Source: a virus (taxonomy: Duplodnaviria; Caudoviricetes). Taken from it: a DNA stretch of 28,830 nucleotides. Position 1 is the first letter of the stretch; each line of letters begins with the position of its first letter. The DNA lies in IMG/VR virus record IMGVR_UViG_3300017978_000027, positions 1-28,830 of that record. One strand, 5' to 3'. The notes below the pieces were generated by a model. The model was not told the origin of the DNA, searched no databases, and saw only the letters and a program-made list of their open reading frames with translations. Position numbers and translations under genes: made by a program. Positions 6,752 through 16,711 of the stretch are shown one piece after another.

Positions 6752-8160
6752 TACAACTCCGATGTGAAGGTGATAGCTTGAACACCATTAGATGTTTGAT
6801 TTACAACTTGGTTAAAAGGAGTAGCAGTAACGACTGTAAAACCTGCCCCACCTCCCGCTAAAGTTGGGTTTGCTCTCATTGAAACTGGAGGACAGATGTT
6901 ATTACTTAATGCAGCTACTGCGATAACATAACTAGAAGTTGCATAGTACCGCTGACACAAAGCCAACTCAGTACCATAGCTACGGTAGTCAAACGATGTG
7001 GCTGTGCTGCCCTTTTCTAGTTGAACGCCTGTGATGTAGAAGGTGGCTCCAGATGTGCCGACTACGCTGGTTGCGCCTGTTGGGGCAAGATAGTTTGCGC
7101 CAGCCCAAGCTCCAGCTGTTCCGCTGTATGTAGAGCCAACACCAATTCCTAGAGTTATGCGAATTCCAATTCCGTTGTCAGTCAGCCAAGTGCCACTTGT
7201 ATCGCCAGCAATCGTAATTGACTTTTGCTCCCAAGTGTTTGCCGCTGAAACCGTATAGGTAAAGGGATAACTTCTATTAGATGCACTATTGCGTAAGGCT
7301 CCACCAAATGTTCCAGTAAGACTAGAACGAACCCAGAAAGACAAAGTTACTGTTGCGGCAGATGCTGTACCCCATGCCAAGTCTGCTACGTTATAGCCTT
7401 CAATGTTTTGAAAGACTATGTTTACTGCACCAGAGCCAATTGAATATGCAGATGAAGATGTAATGCCAAGATAGTTTGAAAAACCTGCTGGCGGCGTAAC
7501 AGACCCTGCATTTTGTTGAGCTGTAAATTTTGACGATACATCCCCGTAAATACCCGTTCTGTCAACAGCATACAAATTTTGCGCTGCATCGTTTGTAACA
7601 GAACCTGTACCTCTTTGTGCAATTACACACGCACCATTGATGATGCGGTTCTTGAAGCCCATACCAAGGCCAACACCGCCAACGGTAGGCGCAACAGCAA
7701 AGTTAGTCGTGCCGTTTACAGTAACAGTATCAGCAGCAGCATCACCAAGCGTTACGTTACCCGTTGCCGATAAATTGGTAAACGAACCAGCCGCAGGCGT
7801 TCCGCTACCAATTGCAGGTGGCGCAGCCCAATCAGCACCATCTAGCTGATCTACGTTAAGGTTTGTGACTTTAGTAGTTGATGCAATAACTAAAGGCGCA
7901 GTTCCTGTTGTGACAGTAGACGTTACCTGGCCAGTTGCTGAAAGTGTTGTGAAAGCGCCAGCAGCAGGAGTTGTAGTACCAACAGGGCCGTTAAATGAAT
8001 CTGAGTTAGTTCCAGCTTGAAAGTCCTTCAAGTGGCTCATAACAGCGCGAATAGCGTTATTGATACCGCTAGGTGCGCAGCCTTCGTCAATGTTAATTGA
8101 CGCTACGTCTGTGTTTGAGTTAGCGGTTGCGCTGTACTCACTTATCTTCGTTTTTGGCAT
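6751..8160 (-). CDS. Tail fibre / receptor-binding protein
   Basis: N-terminal anchor ([13 protein letters not shown]), G/T/A-rich repeats, FKNRIING...GVQLEKG...ELALCQRYY carbohydrate-binding-like module. Confidence 0.82.
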   Translation of the reverse strand: MPKTKISEYSATANSNTDVASINIDEGCAPSGINNAIRAVMSHLKDFQAGTNSDSFNGPVGTTTPAAGAFTTLSATGQVTSTVTTGTAPLVIASTTKVTNLNVDQLDGADWAAPPAIGSGTPAAGSFTNLSATGNVTLGDAAADTVTVNGTTNFAVAPTVGGVGLGMGFKNRIINGACVIAQRGTGSVTNDAAQNLYAVDRTGIYGDVSSKFTAQQNAGSVTPPAGFSNYLGITSSSAYSIGSGAVNIVFQNIEGYNVADLAWGTASAATVTLSFWVRSSLTGTFGGALRNSASNRSYPFTYTVSAANTWEQKSITIAGDTSGTWLTDNGIGIRITLGIGVGSTYSGTAGAWAGANYLAPTGATSVVGTSGATFYITGVQLEKGSTATSFDYRSYGTELALCQRYYATSSYVIAVAALSNNICPPVSMRANPTLAGGGAGFTVVTATPFNQVVNQTSNGVQAITFTSEL

Positions 8161-10074
8161 TTATTTCTCCGTTAATCCAAATGAAGCGCCATAACCTGCG
8201 GCAATGGCTTTGCGTTGAAGTTCTTTGCTCAGTGGCTCAATTGACACCACAGAGGCTTTACTCATCAGTCTAGATGCAAGTTTAGGGTCAAGCATTGCAT
8301 CAACCAACAATTCACGAATCTGGTCATCAGTTCCGTTGTAAAGCCAGTTTAATGGAGCAGCGACTTTATTGACAGCAGCAGGCACTTCGCCAAACATTTG
8401 CTTGCCAATAAAAGCTCCGATGACGTTTGCTGTACTCAAGTTTTTGAATGTGTCAGAGCCAGGCACTTTGCCTGCGCGTTGCAACACGCCAGCATCTAAA
8501 TCTTCTGCAACCTTCTTCAAGACTGCAAACTGAGTTTTAGACAGGTCTGTATCTTTTTCAGCCGCACGAATTGCACGAGTAAAAGCAGGCTGTGAAATCA
8601 TGTAATCACCAACGCGAGATGGGTCAGGCGTAGTGGTTAAGACTTTTCCTTTGAAATCTTGAGCAGCTTCAAGGCGTTCAATGCCTTTGCTTGACTTGGC
8701 ATATTTGTTCAAGTAGTCACGATAGCCAGGCGCTGCGCCTTCAATAGTGTCGTCAACAGCGCGAATGACTTGCTCCAATTGACCTTTAGCCAAGCTGTAT
8801 TGAGAGCCTTCTTTATCAAGCAAGCCTTGTGCAGCACTACGCAAGTCTTTACGGACTTCGTACATACGTTGTGGCGTAGTACCGTCAGCCAATTGTTCTT
8901 TAGCCCAATTCATTGTCTTTTTAACAGTGCCACGAGCGCCAGCATCAGAAGCAAGAATGTCATCAATAGTTTGATTGACGTTCAAAGCCACAGCAGATTG
9001 GAAAGTCTCTGGGCTTACCGTAGACTTTGCAAATGCCGCTTCACGCAATGGAGAAGTGACTTCGTTACGTTTTGCAACAGCAGATTCAACAGCCGCCTTA
9101 TCTTTAGCCAAACGGTCAAGAATAGCCAATCGAGCTTGGTTAGCCTCACCGATTTGAGCGCCAAACTTACCTGTCATATCCAAGGCACGAATTGGAGTCT
9201 CAGCAGCGATTAAACCAACATCACGGCTTGCTTGCGCTGCGGTAGGTGTATAGCCACCGACAGGAGCTTGGTAGCCTTCCATAGCCTTAATAGCTGTTTC
9301 AGGCTCGCGTGACAATTGACGCAACACGCCGCCAGCGATTGCTTCACGACCTGCTTGTGTGCCAGGTCGAACAATCTCACGAACAGCACGACCAGCAGCT
9401 GGAGCAACAGCCATTGCGCCTGAAGGTGTAGCAGCGCCACTAATACTTGCGATCAGTTGCATCAACGGGCTTGCATCGTTTTCTCTTGCAGCACCAGCAG
9501 CCATTGAACCACCAGTAGCAGCCGCCAACTGTGCAGGCATATTCTCACCAAAGAACTTGGCAAGCTCTTGTGTGCGACTAGCCAATTGCGGAGCAACAGC
9601 TTGAGTTACTTTCTGAGCCAACGCGCCAGGGCCAGCAACACCACCAATTGCAGCAGCAGATTCTGTAAGCAATCGTTCAGGAGCCGTATTTGCTTTGGGC
9701 ATACCAACAGCAGACAGGAAATCACCAAACGCTTCAGTTTGTGGCTTGTATATCTGACGACCTGCGGCAAGGTTAATCAAACTAGCAGGAGCGTCTGCAA
9801 TCATTGCTGGCAACGAAGCAGCGCCAGTTAAAGCGCCACGGGCGGTTAAACCCAAATCGCGCAATAGTTCGCCACTTGTTCGTGCAGGCTGCTTTGGCTT
9901 GTCAAAACCGAAAGCGGCCTGCACTTCCTCTTTGGCAGTCATCTTCTTTACTGGAGCCAGTTTTTCAGGCTCACCAGAAAGAACTGAAAGTCCAGCATCA
10001 GACATAGAACCTAGATCGTTGTTTAACAACGCATCCAAGTCCTTGTCAGAAAGTTTTGTAAGGTCTAAAGCCAT
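8161..10074 (-). CDS. Large internal virion / DNA ejection protein
   Basis: 637 aa, Ala/Gly-rich helical; third of three such genes between nozzle and fibre (P22 gp16-like position). Confidence 0.68.
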   Translation of the reverse strand: MALDLTKLSDKDLDALLNNDLGSMSDAGLSVLSGEPEKLAPVKKMTAKEEVQAAFGFDKPKQPARTSGELLRDLGLTARGALTGAASLPAMIADAPASLINLAAGRQIYKPQTEAFGDFLSAVGMPKANTAPERLLTESAAAIGGVAGPGALAQKVTQAVAPQLASRTQELAKFFGENMPAQLAAATGGSMAAGAARENDASPLMQLIASISGAATPSGAMAVAPAAGRAVREIVRPGTQAGREAIAGGVLRQLSREPETAIKAMEGYQAPVGGYTPTAAQASRDVGLIAAETPIRALDMTGKFGAQIGEANQARLAILDRLAKDKAAVESAVAKRNEVTSPLREAAFAKSTVSPETFQSAVALNVNQTIDDILASDAGARGTVKKTMNWAKEQLADGTTPQRMYEVRKDLRSAAQGLLDKEGSQYSLAKGQLEQVIRAVDDTIEGAAPGYRDYLNKYAKSSKGIERLEAAQDFKGKVLTTTPDPSRVGDYMISQPAFTRAIRAAEKDTDLSKTQFAVLKKVAEDLDAGVLQRAGKVPGSDTFKNLSTANVIGAFIGKQMFGEVPAAVNKVAAPLNWLYNGTDDQIRELLVDAMLDPKLASRLMSKASVVSIEPLSKELQRKAIAAGYGASFGLTEK

Positions 10075-11336
10075 TATTGAGCCTTTCTACGGCGAGCCTG
10101 CTCTTGACGGACCAAGCTCATCAGATCAACTTGACCTGCTGCATCATTTGGCAACTTTGGGCTAAAAACATCAGCATAAGGGTCTTTGATGAAGTCGCCA
10201 GTACCGCCTAACTGAGTAGCCAACGACTTGTAGTTAGACTGATCTGATTGCAACTGCTTCTGACGCTCTTTAACCATTGCACCAGCAACAGAGTAAAGAC
10301 CTTTGCGTTCTTCAGGCAACAACGAACCGCCAGTAAACACTTTCTGAGCGTAGGCTTTGACTTCGTTAGGAATTGAGCGATTGCCAAGAATTGTGTTTTT
10401 GTCGCCTTCTTGCACAGCGCCTGAAGGGTCATAAATCTTGCCGATGTTGTAGATAATCGCGCCATCAGCCGCTTTATTTCCTTGATCTGCTTCGCCAATG
10501 GCAGCACCCAATGAGCGGAAACGGTTAGCAACTTCGGTTGCGCCACTGTCTTTAACAACGCTACGCCAATCTTTTAACAAATCAGCCTGAGCTTTTGCAA
10601 CAGCAGTTGGGTCTTTCAAATCAACAGCAACCTTTGGAGCCTTCAAGGATTCTTGACGATCAATGTAGTTACCAATTGCAGAGCGCTCTTGTGGTGTGAC
10701 TTGAGCAAATGGCTTCATGATTCCAAGCACTTGCATGGCCTGCTTTACAGGGCCAGCCAAATCTTCTTTAGCCATACCAGCCACAGTGCTAACGCCTGTC
10801 AATGGAGAAATCTCCACCAATTGACCATTAACCTCTTTGTACTCTGGTTTGTACTTAGCATAAGTCTCAGGAGAAACCAAAGCCAAGCGTTGCAAAGCAT
10901 CACGGTTAATAGTTGATGGGCCTTGTTGCGTTGGGATTTGACCTGTTTGAAAGTAATTACCAATCTGTTCAGGAGCGCCAGACCAGTTTTGTTCAACAGC
11001 GCCAGGCTGGATAAGTTGAGGCAAGAAATTGCGAACAGCTTGAGCTTCTTGCTGCTTACGCAACATATCTTGCACTTGCATACCAGCCATTTTTTCTTGA
11101 AGACCTTGATTCAAAGCCTGCTTGTAAGCCTGTTGGCCCATTTGCAAACCTTGAGCAATAGCCAAAGCGCCACCGCCAGGTGTACGGCTTGGTGCGCCAG
11201 CCTGAAGCAAAGCAGTAGCCATGCTCAGATTCGATTGACCTTGAGCTTGATTTTGAAGGCGTTTCAGCTCATCTTCACCAAGAAGACCGCCAAGGTAAGA
11301 AGGCGTTTCGCCGTAGAAAGAATCTAGAAGTGCCAT
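10074..11336 (-). CDS. Internal virion / DNA ejection protein
   Basis: 420 aa, Gln/Ala/Gly-rich helical; P22 gp20-like position. Confidence 0.65.
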   Translation of the reverse strand: MALLDSFYGETPSYLGGLLGEDELKRLQNQAQGQSNLSMATALLQAGAPSRTPGGGALAIAQGLQMGQQAYKQALNQGLQEKMAGMQVQDMLRKQQEAQAVRNFLPQLIQPGAVEQNWSGAPEQIGNYFQTGQIPTQQGPSTINRDALQRLALVSPETYAKYKPEYKEVNGQLVEISPLTGVSTVAGMAKEDLAGPVKQAMQVLGIMKPFAQVTPQERSAIGNYIDRQESLKAPKVAVDLKDPTAVAKAQADLLKDWRSVVKDSGATEVANRFRSLGAAIGEADQGNKAADGAIIYNIGKIYDPSGAVQEGDKNTILGNRSIPNEVKAYAQKVFTGGSLLPEERKGLYSVAGAMVKERQKQLQSDQSNYKSLATQLGGTGDFIKDPYADVFSPKLPNDAAGQVDLMSLVRQEQARRRKAQ

Positions 11337-11347
11337 ATTTACCTCAA

Positions 11348-12211
11348 TTAGACAAAGCCATTAGGATTGCTGCTGCTACCCCAACTGCTTGTTAACCAGT
11401 TCATCCCTTTATCAATGTAAGGGGATGCAGAATTCAGCAATTGAACACCTAACAAACCAGTACCCAAAGCGGTAGCTGTTGGGTTAGTGAAGTAGGGTTG
11501 TTGTGTTGTTTGAGTCTTGCCAGCAGGGAAACCGTAGGCTTGATTCAAGTAGTTTGTCAACTGAGCCTGTGGCAACTGTTGCTCATAGTTGTATTTAGCC
11601 ATATCAGCTTGCAAGGCTGTGTTTTGATAGCCTTCACGCAACTGACCAGCAGCAAGTTGTTTGTTAATGTCAGCGTAATCGGCTTCAGCCATTGCAGGCG
11701 CGCCAAATGTTGCTTGCTGTTGGCGAGCGCGTTCATCAGCGTAATTCTGATATGCAAGTTGTCCAGCAGTGCCTGTTAATGACTTTGCCAATTGACCAGC
11801 AGCAGCACCTTGTAGGTTTTGCATAGCGCCAGAGCCATAACGACCAGCCTTAGAAGCAGCAGATGTTACGTTGCCGATTGCGGTGTTAAATGCGTCAGTT
11901 GCGGCTTGTGCAGCAGGCTGGAAAGCGCCAGAAAAGAAAGGATTGCCACCAAGGTAGTCGCCTTGCACAGTGCCATAAAGCTGATTCTGTGCAGCACCAA
12001 GCAAAGGATTGCCAGCTTGAGCGCGAGCTTGCAGGGCTTGAATACCTGTCTGAGTAGCATCAGAAGGGCCAACGTATGTTTGACCTTGATAGTATTGTGG
12101 GCCACCAGCTTGATACAGACGTTGCGCTTCATTCAATCCGTATTTCAGGAATGGCTGAATTGTTGGGTCAATCTGCGTGGTCTGTGTGGATGTGGTTGTT
12201 TCGACTGCCAT
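11348..12211 (-). CDS. Internal virion / pilot ejection protein
   Basis: Q/A/G-rich, T-rich N-terminus, hydrophobic Gly-rich C-terminus; P22 gp7-like position. Confidence 0.68.
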   Translation of the reverse strand: MAVETTTSTQTTQIDPTIQPFLKYGLNEAQRLYQAGGPQYYQGQTYVGPSDATQTGIQALQARAQAGNPLLGAAQNQLYGTVQGDYLGGNPFFSGAFQPAAQAATDAFNTAIGNVTSAASKAGRYGSGAMQNLQGAAAGQLAKSLTGTAGQLAYQNYADERARQQQATFGAPAMAEADYADINKQLAAGQLREGYQNTALQADMAKYNYEQQLPQAQLTNYLNQAYGFPAGKTQTTQQPYFTNPTATALGTGLLGVQLLNSASPYIDKGMNWLTSSWGSSSNPNGFV

Positions 12212-12229
12212 AAGTGCCTTTCTTTAAGG

Positions 12230-12264
12230 GACTCCGTAGCGGGTCATCCACGGAGCCAATTATA
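12230..12264 (-). promoter_or_regulatory. Candidate internal promoter (-10 TATAAT) plus 5' hairpin before the ejection genes
   Basis: TATAAT at 12264-12259, then hairpin GGCTCCGTGG-ATGACCCG-CTACGGAGTC, then GAAAGG SD; no clear -35. Confidence 0.45.
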
Positions 12265-12267
12265 CAT

Positions 12268-13050
12268 TTATCCTACGATTATGTAGGCGTAAGTTTTGTT
12301 TGATGTTGAGTTTGCATAGTGAGACAAGGTTGCCTGCCCTTTTGTTTGTTCAGACACATAAATGTTTGAGTAAGCCATTGGAGCAACGTAGTTCACAGTA
12401 AAAATTACAGCAGGAATTGCTGGTCTTGGGACTACGGCATCAGAAGCGTAAGTCTCTAACCTTACGTCAGTGCTTGAAACAGAGCCAGCCAGCTCAATGT
12501 AATCTCCTGCATCTAGATCAAGAAATGTGTTAACAGTACCAATTAAATGACTTGGAACACCAGCAGATTTTCTAACCTGAAGGTCAAAACGGCTTGCGCT
12601 TCTTACTACATCAGTTCCATTTACCCTAAACCAAACGTCTGCATATTCCAAAGAATTCGCGTAGTTGGCAAGCTGCATAGAAAACTGAGCGTTATAGATG
12701 CCCTTGTTTCTAACGTAAATCTTGGTTGCGCTTGCAATGTACGTACCACTTGCAAACTCGGTAGTATCAAAATTTACTACGGCAGTTGAGCCAGCGCTAG
12801 GTGAAGACTGATCGTTGTTATTTGTGAACTGCCCGTAAGGAGCAGAATCTTCATAAGCAGCATCAGAGAAAGGAATAATCACAATCTTGCTGTCTACACT
12901 AATACGTTCATCAGTGATTGTTGTTGTCGTAGCGTTTCCAGTAGCCAGCGTTACTAGACCAGTGTTATTGGTCTTGCCGTTCATTATTCCGTTGACGACT
13001 TCAGCCGTAGCGCGAGGGTCGCCACCAAAAGGCGGTAGAACTCTAAACAT
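12268..13050 (-). CDS. Tail protein with a central C1q/TNF-like beta-sandwich domain
   Basis: VVNFDT...KGIYNAQFSMQL...VWFRVNG...LDLDAGDYIEL pattern. Confidence 0.62.
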   Translation of the reverse strand: MFRVLPPFGGDPRATAEVVNGIMNGKTNNTGLVTLATGNATTTTITDERISVDSKIVIIPFSDAAYEDSAPYGQFTNNNDQSSPSAGSTAVVNFDTTEFASGTYIASATKIYVRNKGIYNAQFSMQLANYANSLEYADVWFRVNGTDVVRSASRFDLQVRKSAGVPSHLIGTVNTFLDLDAGDYIELAGSVSSTDVRLETYASDAVVPRPAIPAVIFTVNYVAPMAYSNIYVSEQTKGQATLSHYANSTSNKTYAYIIVG

Positions 13051-14489
13051 TAGCGAACCCCTTGACCAACTAGGTCAATATCTACGGCAACGGCTGACTT
13101 CCAACGATCACCAGTAGGGTTTACCTGAATACGATGGTATTTGCCTGATCCACGCAATGAAACACGGTTATCGTCACTTGCAGCCACTGGCGTGCTGTAA
13201 GTAATATCCTGATTCAAAAGGCGGCGCGAAGCAATTGAAACAGTCGCAGAGCCTTGATCTACTTGTGGTCGAGCCAAAGTAACCAACGACTGACCGCCAG
13301 CTTCAATGTCGCCTGTCTGGATTCGTGCTGTCATTGGTGTGCCTGTGTAGGTCATTACCTTTGTTGCAAGAGTGCCGCCCAAGAAGTATTTACCGCCAGC
13401 AAAAAGGATTGAATCCATTGGCGTAGCAAGCGCATCAATAGATGAGCTGATGCTGTCAAGTTCTTCAAGCGTAGAAGATGCACTAGAAGCGTCAGAAATA
13501 AAATCTGTGCCAGCTTCTGTGTAAGTCCACTTTTTTGTGTTGAAGTTGTAAGCCATTAGCTTGCGTGAACCGTCTTTGCTCTTATAGTTCCACAGAATCA
13601 GCTTACGAACAGGGTCAACGGCTGCTGACATAGTTCCATAATCGTTCTCGCTTACGTCATCCAAGAACCAACGGTCTACCTTTTCAGAGCCAATTGGTTG
13701 AACACTTTGACCATCGCACATATAGAAACCATCATCAGACAAGAAGAATGTGATGCCTTGATATTGAGCAATAGAGCCAGAAACCATGCAACCCTTGTTG
13801 CGGCTAATGTTGTCAAACTGGAAAATCAGCGGTGAGCCAATATAGCTCATGCGGTGAATACTTCGCTCACATAGAACAAGCCCAAACTCACCACCACGGA
13901 TGCCCATGATCTGACCGCCATCGGCAATGTCTTGATAGTCAGCTTGATTAGTCGATGAAGGTGTCCATGTAGTCTCATCATTGATACCAGACCAACGAAC
14001 ACGGTATTGCTCTTGCTTTGAGCTTTCAAAAGTGTTTGCCACCACAACAAAATCACGAACGACTGTGATGTATTTAGCCACTGGAGCAGAAGCAGCCAAG
14101 TCAGCAAATGCGGTAGAAGTCCCTAATGTCCACGCCTGCAACTTTGATGAATTATCGGTAGCAATAACAACATCGCCAAACTGAGTAAAGCGGAAACGCT
14201 CACTTGCTGACGTTGAATAGCCAGAATTGACTTCTGTTACAGCGCCAACACCAGAAACTGTGTAAATCTTAGTGCGACCAGCGGCGAACAGCTTTGTTAC
14301 GCCATCTGGTTGTTTACTAGCAAAAACACTTGTTAGATTCTCAGCAGCCGCAGCAGAGAAAGCCACAGCTTGAGGGAATGGGCCATAACCAACGGCCTGA
14401 GAAACGCAGTTCTTAGCGTCAGTCAAAGCGCCGCTAATGCCAGGCTGATCTGGCATCCACTCGCCAAAAGGAATTCGTTGTGTAGCCAT
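13050..14489 (-). CDS. Tail nozzle / DNA stabilization protein (P22 gp10 or T7 gp12-like)
   Basis: 479 aa beta-rich; FGEWMPDQP, VRWSGIND, FFLSDDGFY; position in the podovirus tail module. Confidence 0.72.
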   Translation of the reverse strand: MATQRIPFGEWMPDQPGISGALTDAKNCVSQAVGYGPFPQAVAFSAAAAENLTSVFASKQPDGVTKLFAAGRTKIYTVSGVGAVTEVNSGYSTSASERFRFTQFGDVVIATDNSSKLQAWTLGTSTAFADLAASAPVAKYITVVRDFVVVANTFESSKQEQYRVRWSGINDETTWTPSSTNQADYQDIADGGQIMGIRGGEFGLVLCERSIHRMSYIGSPLIFQFDNISRNKGCMVSGSIAQYQGITFFLSDDGFYMCDGQSVQPIGSEKVDRWFLDDVSENDYGTMSAAVDPVRKLILWNYKSKDGSRKLMAYNFNTKKWTYTEAGTDFISDASSASSTLEELDSISSSIDALATPMDSILFAGGKYFLGGTLATKVMTYTGTPMTARIQTGDIEAGGQSLVTLARPQVDQGSATVSIASRRLLNQDITYSTPVAASDDNRVSLRGSGKYHRIQVNPTGDRWKSAVAVDIDLVGQGVR

Positions 14490-14490
14490 A

Positions 14491-15321
14491 TCAGCCCTGT
14501 CTTAACCATGTATTTGTCGAAGTAGATGAATCTGACCACGAGTTAGAACCCGCAGAAACATCTTCCCAAGTGTTTGAGTTTGCGCTTGCATCAGTCCAAG
14601 TGCTTCCACCTACCGACACATCAGACCAAGTGTTATCAGAGCCTGCAACATCGCCCCAATTGTCGCCCATCCTCACGCCATTACAGACAATGATCGCTTC
14701 GCAATTGATTGAACCAGCAAAGTCAAAAACTGCATAAACGTCAGCAGTAACGGTTGCTTCACAGACAAAAGAAGCATCAGCGTTTGCAGTTATACCGCCC
14801 AAAGCAGTAAATGTTGCATCAGCAGAGATAGCCGCATCAGCAGTGCGAACACGGACAGAATCAGCGCTTACCGTAGCGGAACACGCTACATCTGCAACAC
14901 CACTTAACAGCAGACCACCATTAGCTTCAACAGTTGCATTGCAAACAATATCAGCAGAAGCAATAGCAACACGCTGTGCATTAGCAGAAACGGTTGCAGA
15001 GGCCGTTATTGAGGCATTGCCAATACAAACCCTAGTCGCATCGCATGAAGCGCTTGCAGAGGCTTCTATTGAGCCAGTGCCAATGACAACCCTGATTGCT
15101 TCACACAATACTGTCGCCGAAGTGGAGACAGAAGCCGAAGCTCCAAACGTGATGGTTGACCCAGAGCTTACAGTTGCAGTCGCATTGACCGAGCCGTAAG
15201 CATCCCACAGTGTGACTGACGTTGTATATAACTCACTGTCAAGAGACAGCGTTAAATCGTCAAGACTAGCCTTGAGATTGTCTAGGCTGTCAATTGTCCA
15301 CGGTGGGAGCAGATCAGCCAT
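14491..15321 (-). CDS. Ala/Ser-rich repetitive virion protein
   Basis: Periodic ASI(T/E)ASA.VSA repeats and C-terminal Trp repeats. Confidence 0.65.
   Translation of the reverse strand: MADLLPPWTIDSLDNLKASLDDLTLSLDSELYTTSVTLWDAYGSVNATATVSSGSTITFGASASVSTSATVLCEAIRVVIGTGSIEASASASCDATRVCIGNASITASATVSANAQRVAIASADIVCNATVEANGGLLLSGVADVACSATVSADSVRVRTADAAISADATFTALGGITANADASFVCEATVTADVYAVFDFAGSINCEAIIVCNGVRMGDNWGDVAGSDNTWSDVSVGGSTWTDASANSNTWEDVSAGSNSWSDSSTSTNTWLRQG
14494..14665 (-). repeat. Six 10-aa Trp-spaced tandem peptide repeats
   Basis: NWGDVAGSDN TWSDVSVGGS TWTDASANSN TWEDVSAGSN SWSDSSTSTN TWLRQG; 30-nt periodicity. Confidence 0.8.
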
Positions 15322-15322
15322 A

Positions 15323-15709
15323 TCACGCCAAGGTTACGCTCAACGAGCCAGAGGCAACACGGAAAACGTCACCAGTTGCAATGGTCTTTGAAGCATCCAA
15401 GGCAGTGTGAAACAGCAGATTGCCAGAAGTAGAAGCGTCACGGATTCCAACGTGTGTAACCGTACCCCATGAGCCACCAGCTTGAGGAAACTCAATTGCA
15501 GCAGAGTTAGTAGTCACGCCGTTAGAAGGTGCGCCAAAAGTGATGGCTTGACGGGCGTATGAAGTGCCAGAGACTTCAGTGCCTGAATCAGCATCTGTTG
15601 GGTCAGCAGTGTAAAGAGCCAAGTACACAGCCGATGGGCTTGTATAAGCGGTATTACGCAAGGTTGCATTAACCAGTGCGTTCTCTAAGTAGTTACTCAT
15701 TTCAGACAT
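15323..15709 (-). CDS. Small virion structural protein
   Basis: MSNYLENAL...YLALYTADP...EVSGTSYARQ...WGTVTHVGIRDASTSGNLL pattern typical of phage structural proteins. Confidence 0.72.
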   Translation of the reverse strand: MSEMSNYLENALVNATLRNTAYTSPSAVYLALYTADPTDADSGTEVSGTSYARQAITFGAPSNGVTTNSAAIEFPQAGGSWGTVTHVGIRDASTSGNLLFHTALDASKTIATGDVFRVASGSLSVTLA

Positions 15710-15712
15710 AAA

Positions 15713-16333
15713 TTACCTCAGTGTGGTTGTCATTGACAGTGGAACACCAGAATACTGAGAAGATTCGTCAGACTTGGTGATTGTGGAGATAGCGCGGTCA
15801 TACATAGTCCCCCATGTATTGATTCGAGCATCGTTCATGATGTAAGGCTCTGCTTCAATAAGTGAAGCGTACAAAAGCGCATCAGGTGAGTTTGCTAGGA
15901 ATACGTTGCTTGAGTTTGTATCGCCCAAGAATGTAGGAGCTGCAAAGTACAACAGTTTCAGCGTGTAAGTGCCATCAGGTACAGGAGCCAACTGAAACTC
16001 AGAGGCCAAGATTGTGTAATCTAGAGGCTTACCGCTTTCAGTTGAACGAGTGTTGCGACTAAAAACAGCAGGGCTTGAGTAAGTCAGAGGCTGAATTGGG
16101 TTTGTCACAACGGCAAAGTCACGAATCTCAAGAAAGTCACTTGGCAATTCAACAGTTGAATCACCGCCTGTTGTTGCAGTAGTCACCGATTTGAGCATTT
16201 GACGAATACGCAACTCACGGCGCAAACGAAGCTCTGCAAATCGAATGAAGTCAGGAATTTGGTCGGTCAAGTCAGTACGAGCCAAGTAATTGGCAACGGC
16301 TGTCTTTAACTCAGAGTAGGTTGCGATGCTCAT
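15713..16333 (-). CDS. Head-tail adaptor (tail tubular protein A-like)
   Basis: TYSELKTAVANYLARTDLTDQIPDFIRFAE, LPSDFLE, PDALLYASL; ATG 16333 in ATGA overlap. Confidence 0.75.
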   Translation of the reverse strand: MSIATYSELKTAVANYLARTDLTDQIPDFIRFAELRLRRELRIRQMLKSVTTATTGGDSTVELPSDFLEIRDFAVVTNPIQPLTYSSPAVFSRNTRSTESGKPLDYTILASEFQLAPVPDGTYTLKLLYFAAPTFLGDTNSSNVFLANSPDALLYASLIEAEPYIMNDARINTWGTMYDRAISTITKSDESSQYSGVPLSMTTTLR

Positions 16334-16644
16334 ACTTGTCCTGGTCGTGTGCGCCAAGCGCGATTCATTGGGTCATTTAGGAATGATGCAAAACGCACTT
16401 CATCCACAATTGCAAACCCACGCATGATGCCTTGCTTATTCAAATCATCAATCACGGTGTTTGGAATTGATGCAATCTTGTTCCCAAATAGGTGATCTGA
16501 CCATTTTGCACGTTCATCGTAGGAATTAAATTCACGTTTATTCGTTTCAATAATTCCAGAAACATCTTGCTTGGTAGCAATGATTACGCCGCCATCACCA
16601 TCTTGGTGGGCAGTTTGTTTGCGATATTGAATAGGTGTGTCCAT
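16330..16644 (-). CDS. Phage protein downstream of the capsid gene
   Basis: QDVSGIIE.NK, IASIP, FLNDPMNRAWRT motifs. Confidence 0.7.
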   Translation of the reverse strand: MDTPIQYRKQTAHQDGDGGVIIATKQDVSGIIETNKREFNSYDERAKWSDHLFGNKIASIPNTVIDDLNKQGIMRGFAIVDEVRFASFLNDPMNRAWRTRPGQV

Positions 16645-16655
16645 GATTAGATTCT

Positions 16656-16690
16656 AACAAAAACGCCCCTATGCGTGAACATAGAGGCGC
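16656..16690 (-). terminator. Rho-independent terminator after the major capsid gene
   Basis: GCGCCTCTATG-TTCACG-CATAGGGGCGT hairpin followed by TTTTGTT. Confidence 0.85.
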
Positions 16691-16711
16691 TTTGTTTTGC
16701 TTTTTTACCTA

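Noticed and set aside
6751-7000. Diversity-generating retroelement target at the fibre tip
   Set aside because: No reverse transcriptase and no template repeat seen in the window
14494-14665. CRISPR-like array at the 30-nt periodic region
   Set aside because: Degenerate in-frame peptide repeats, not identical repeats with unique spacers; no cas genes
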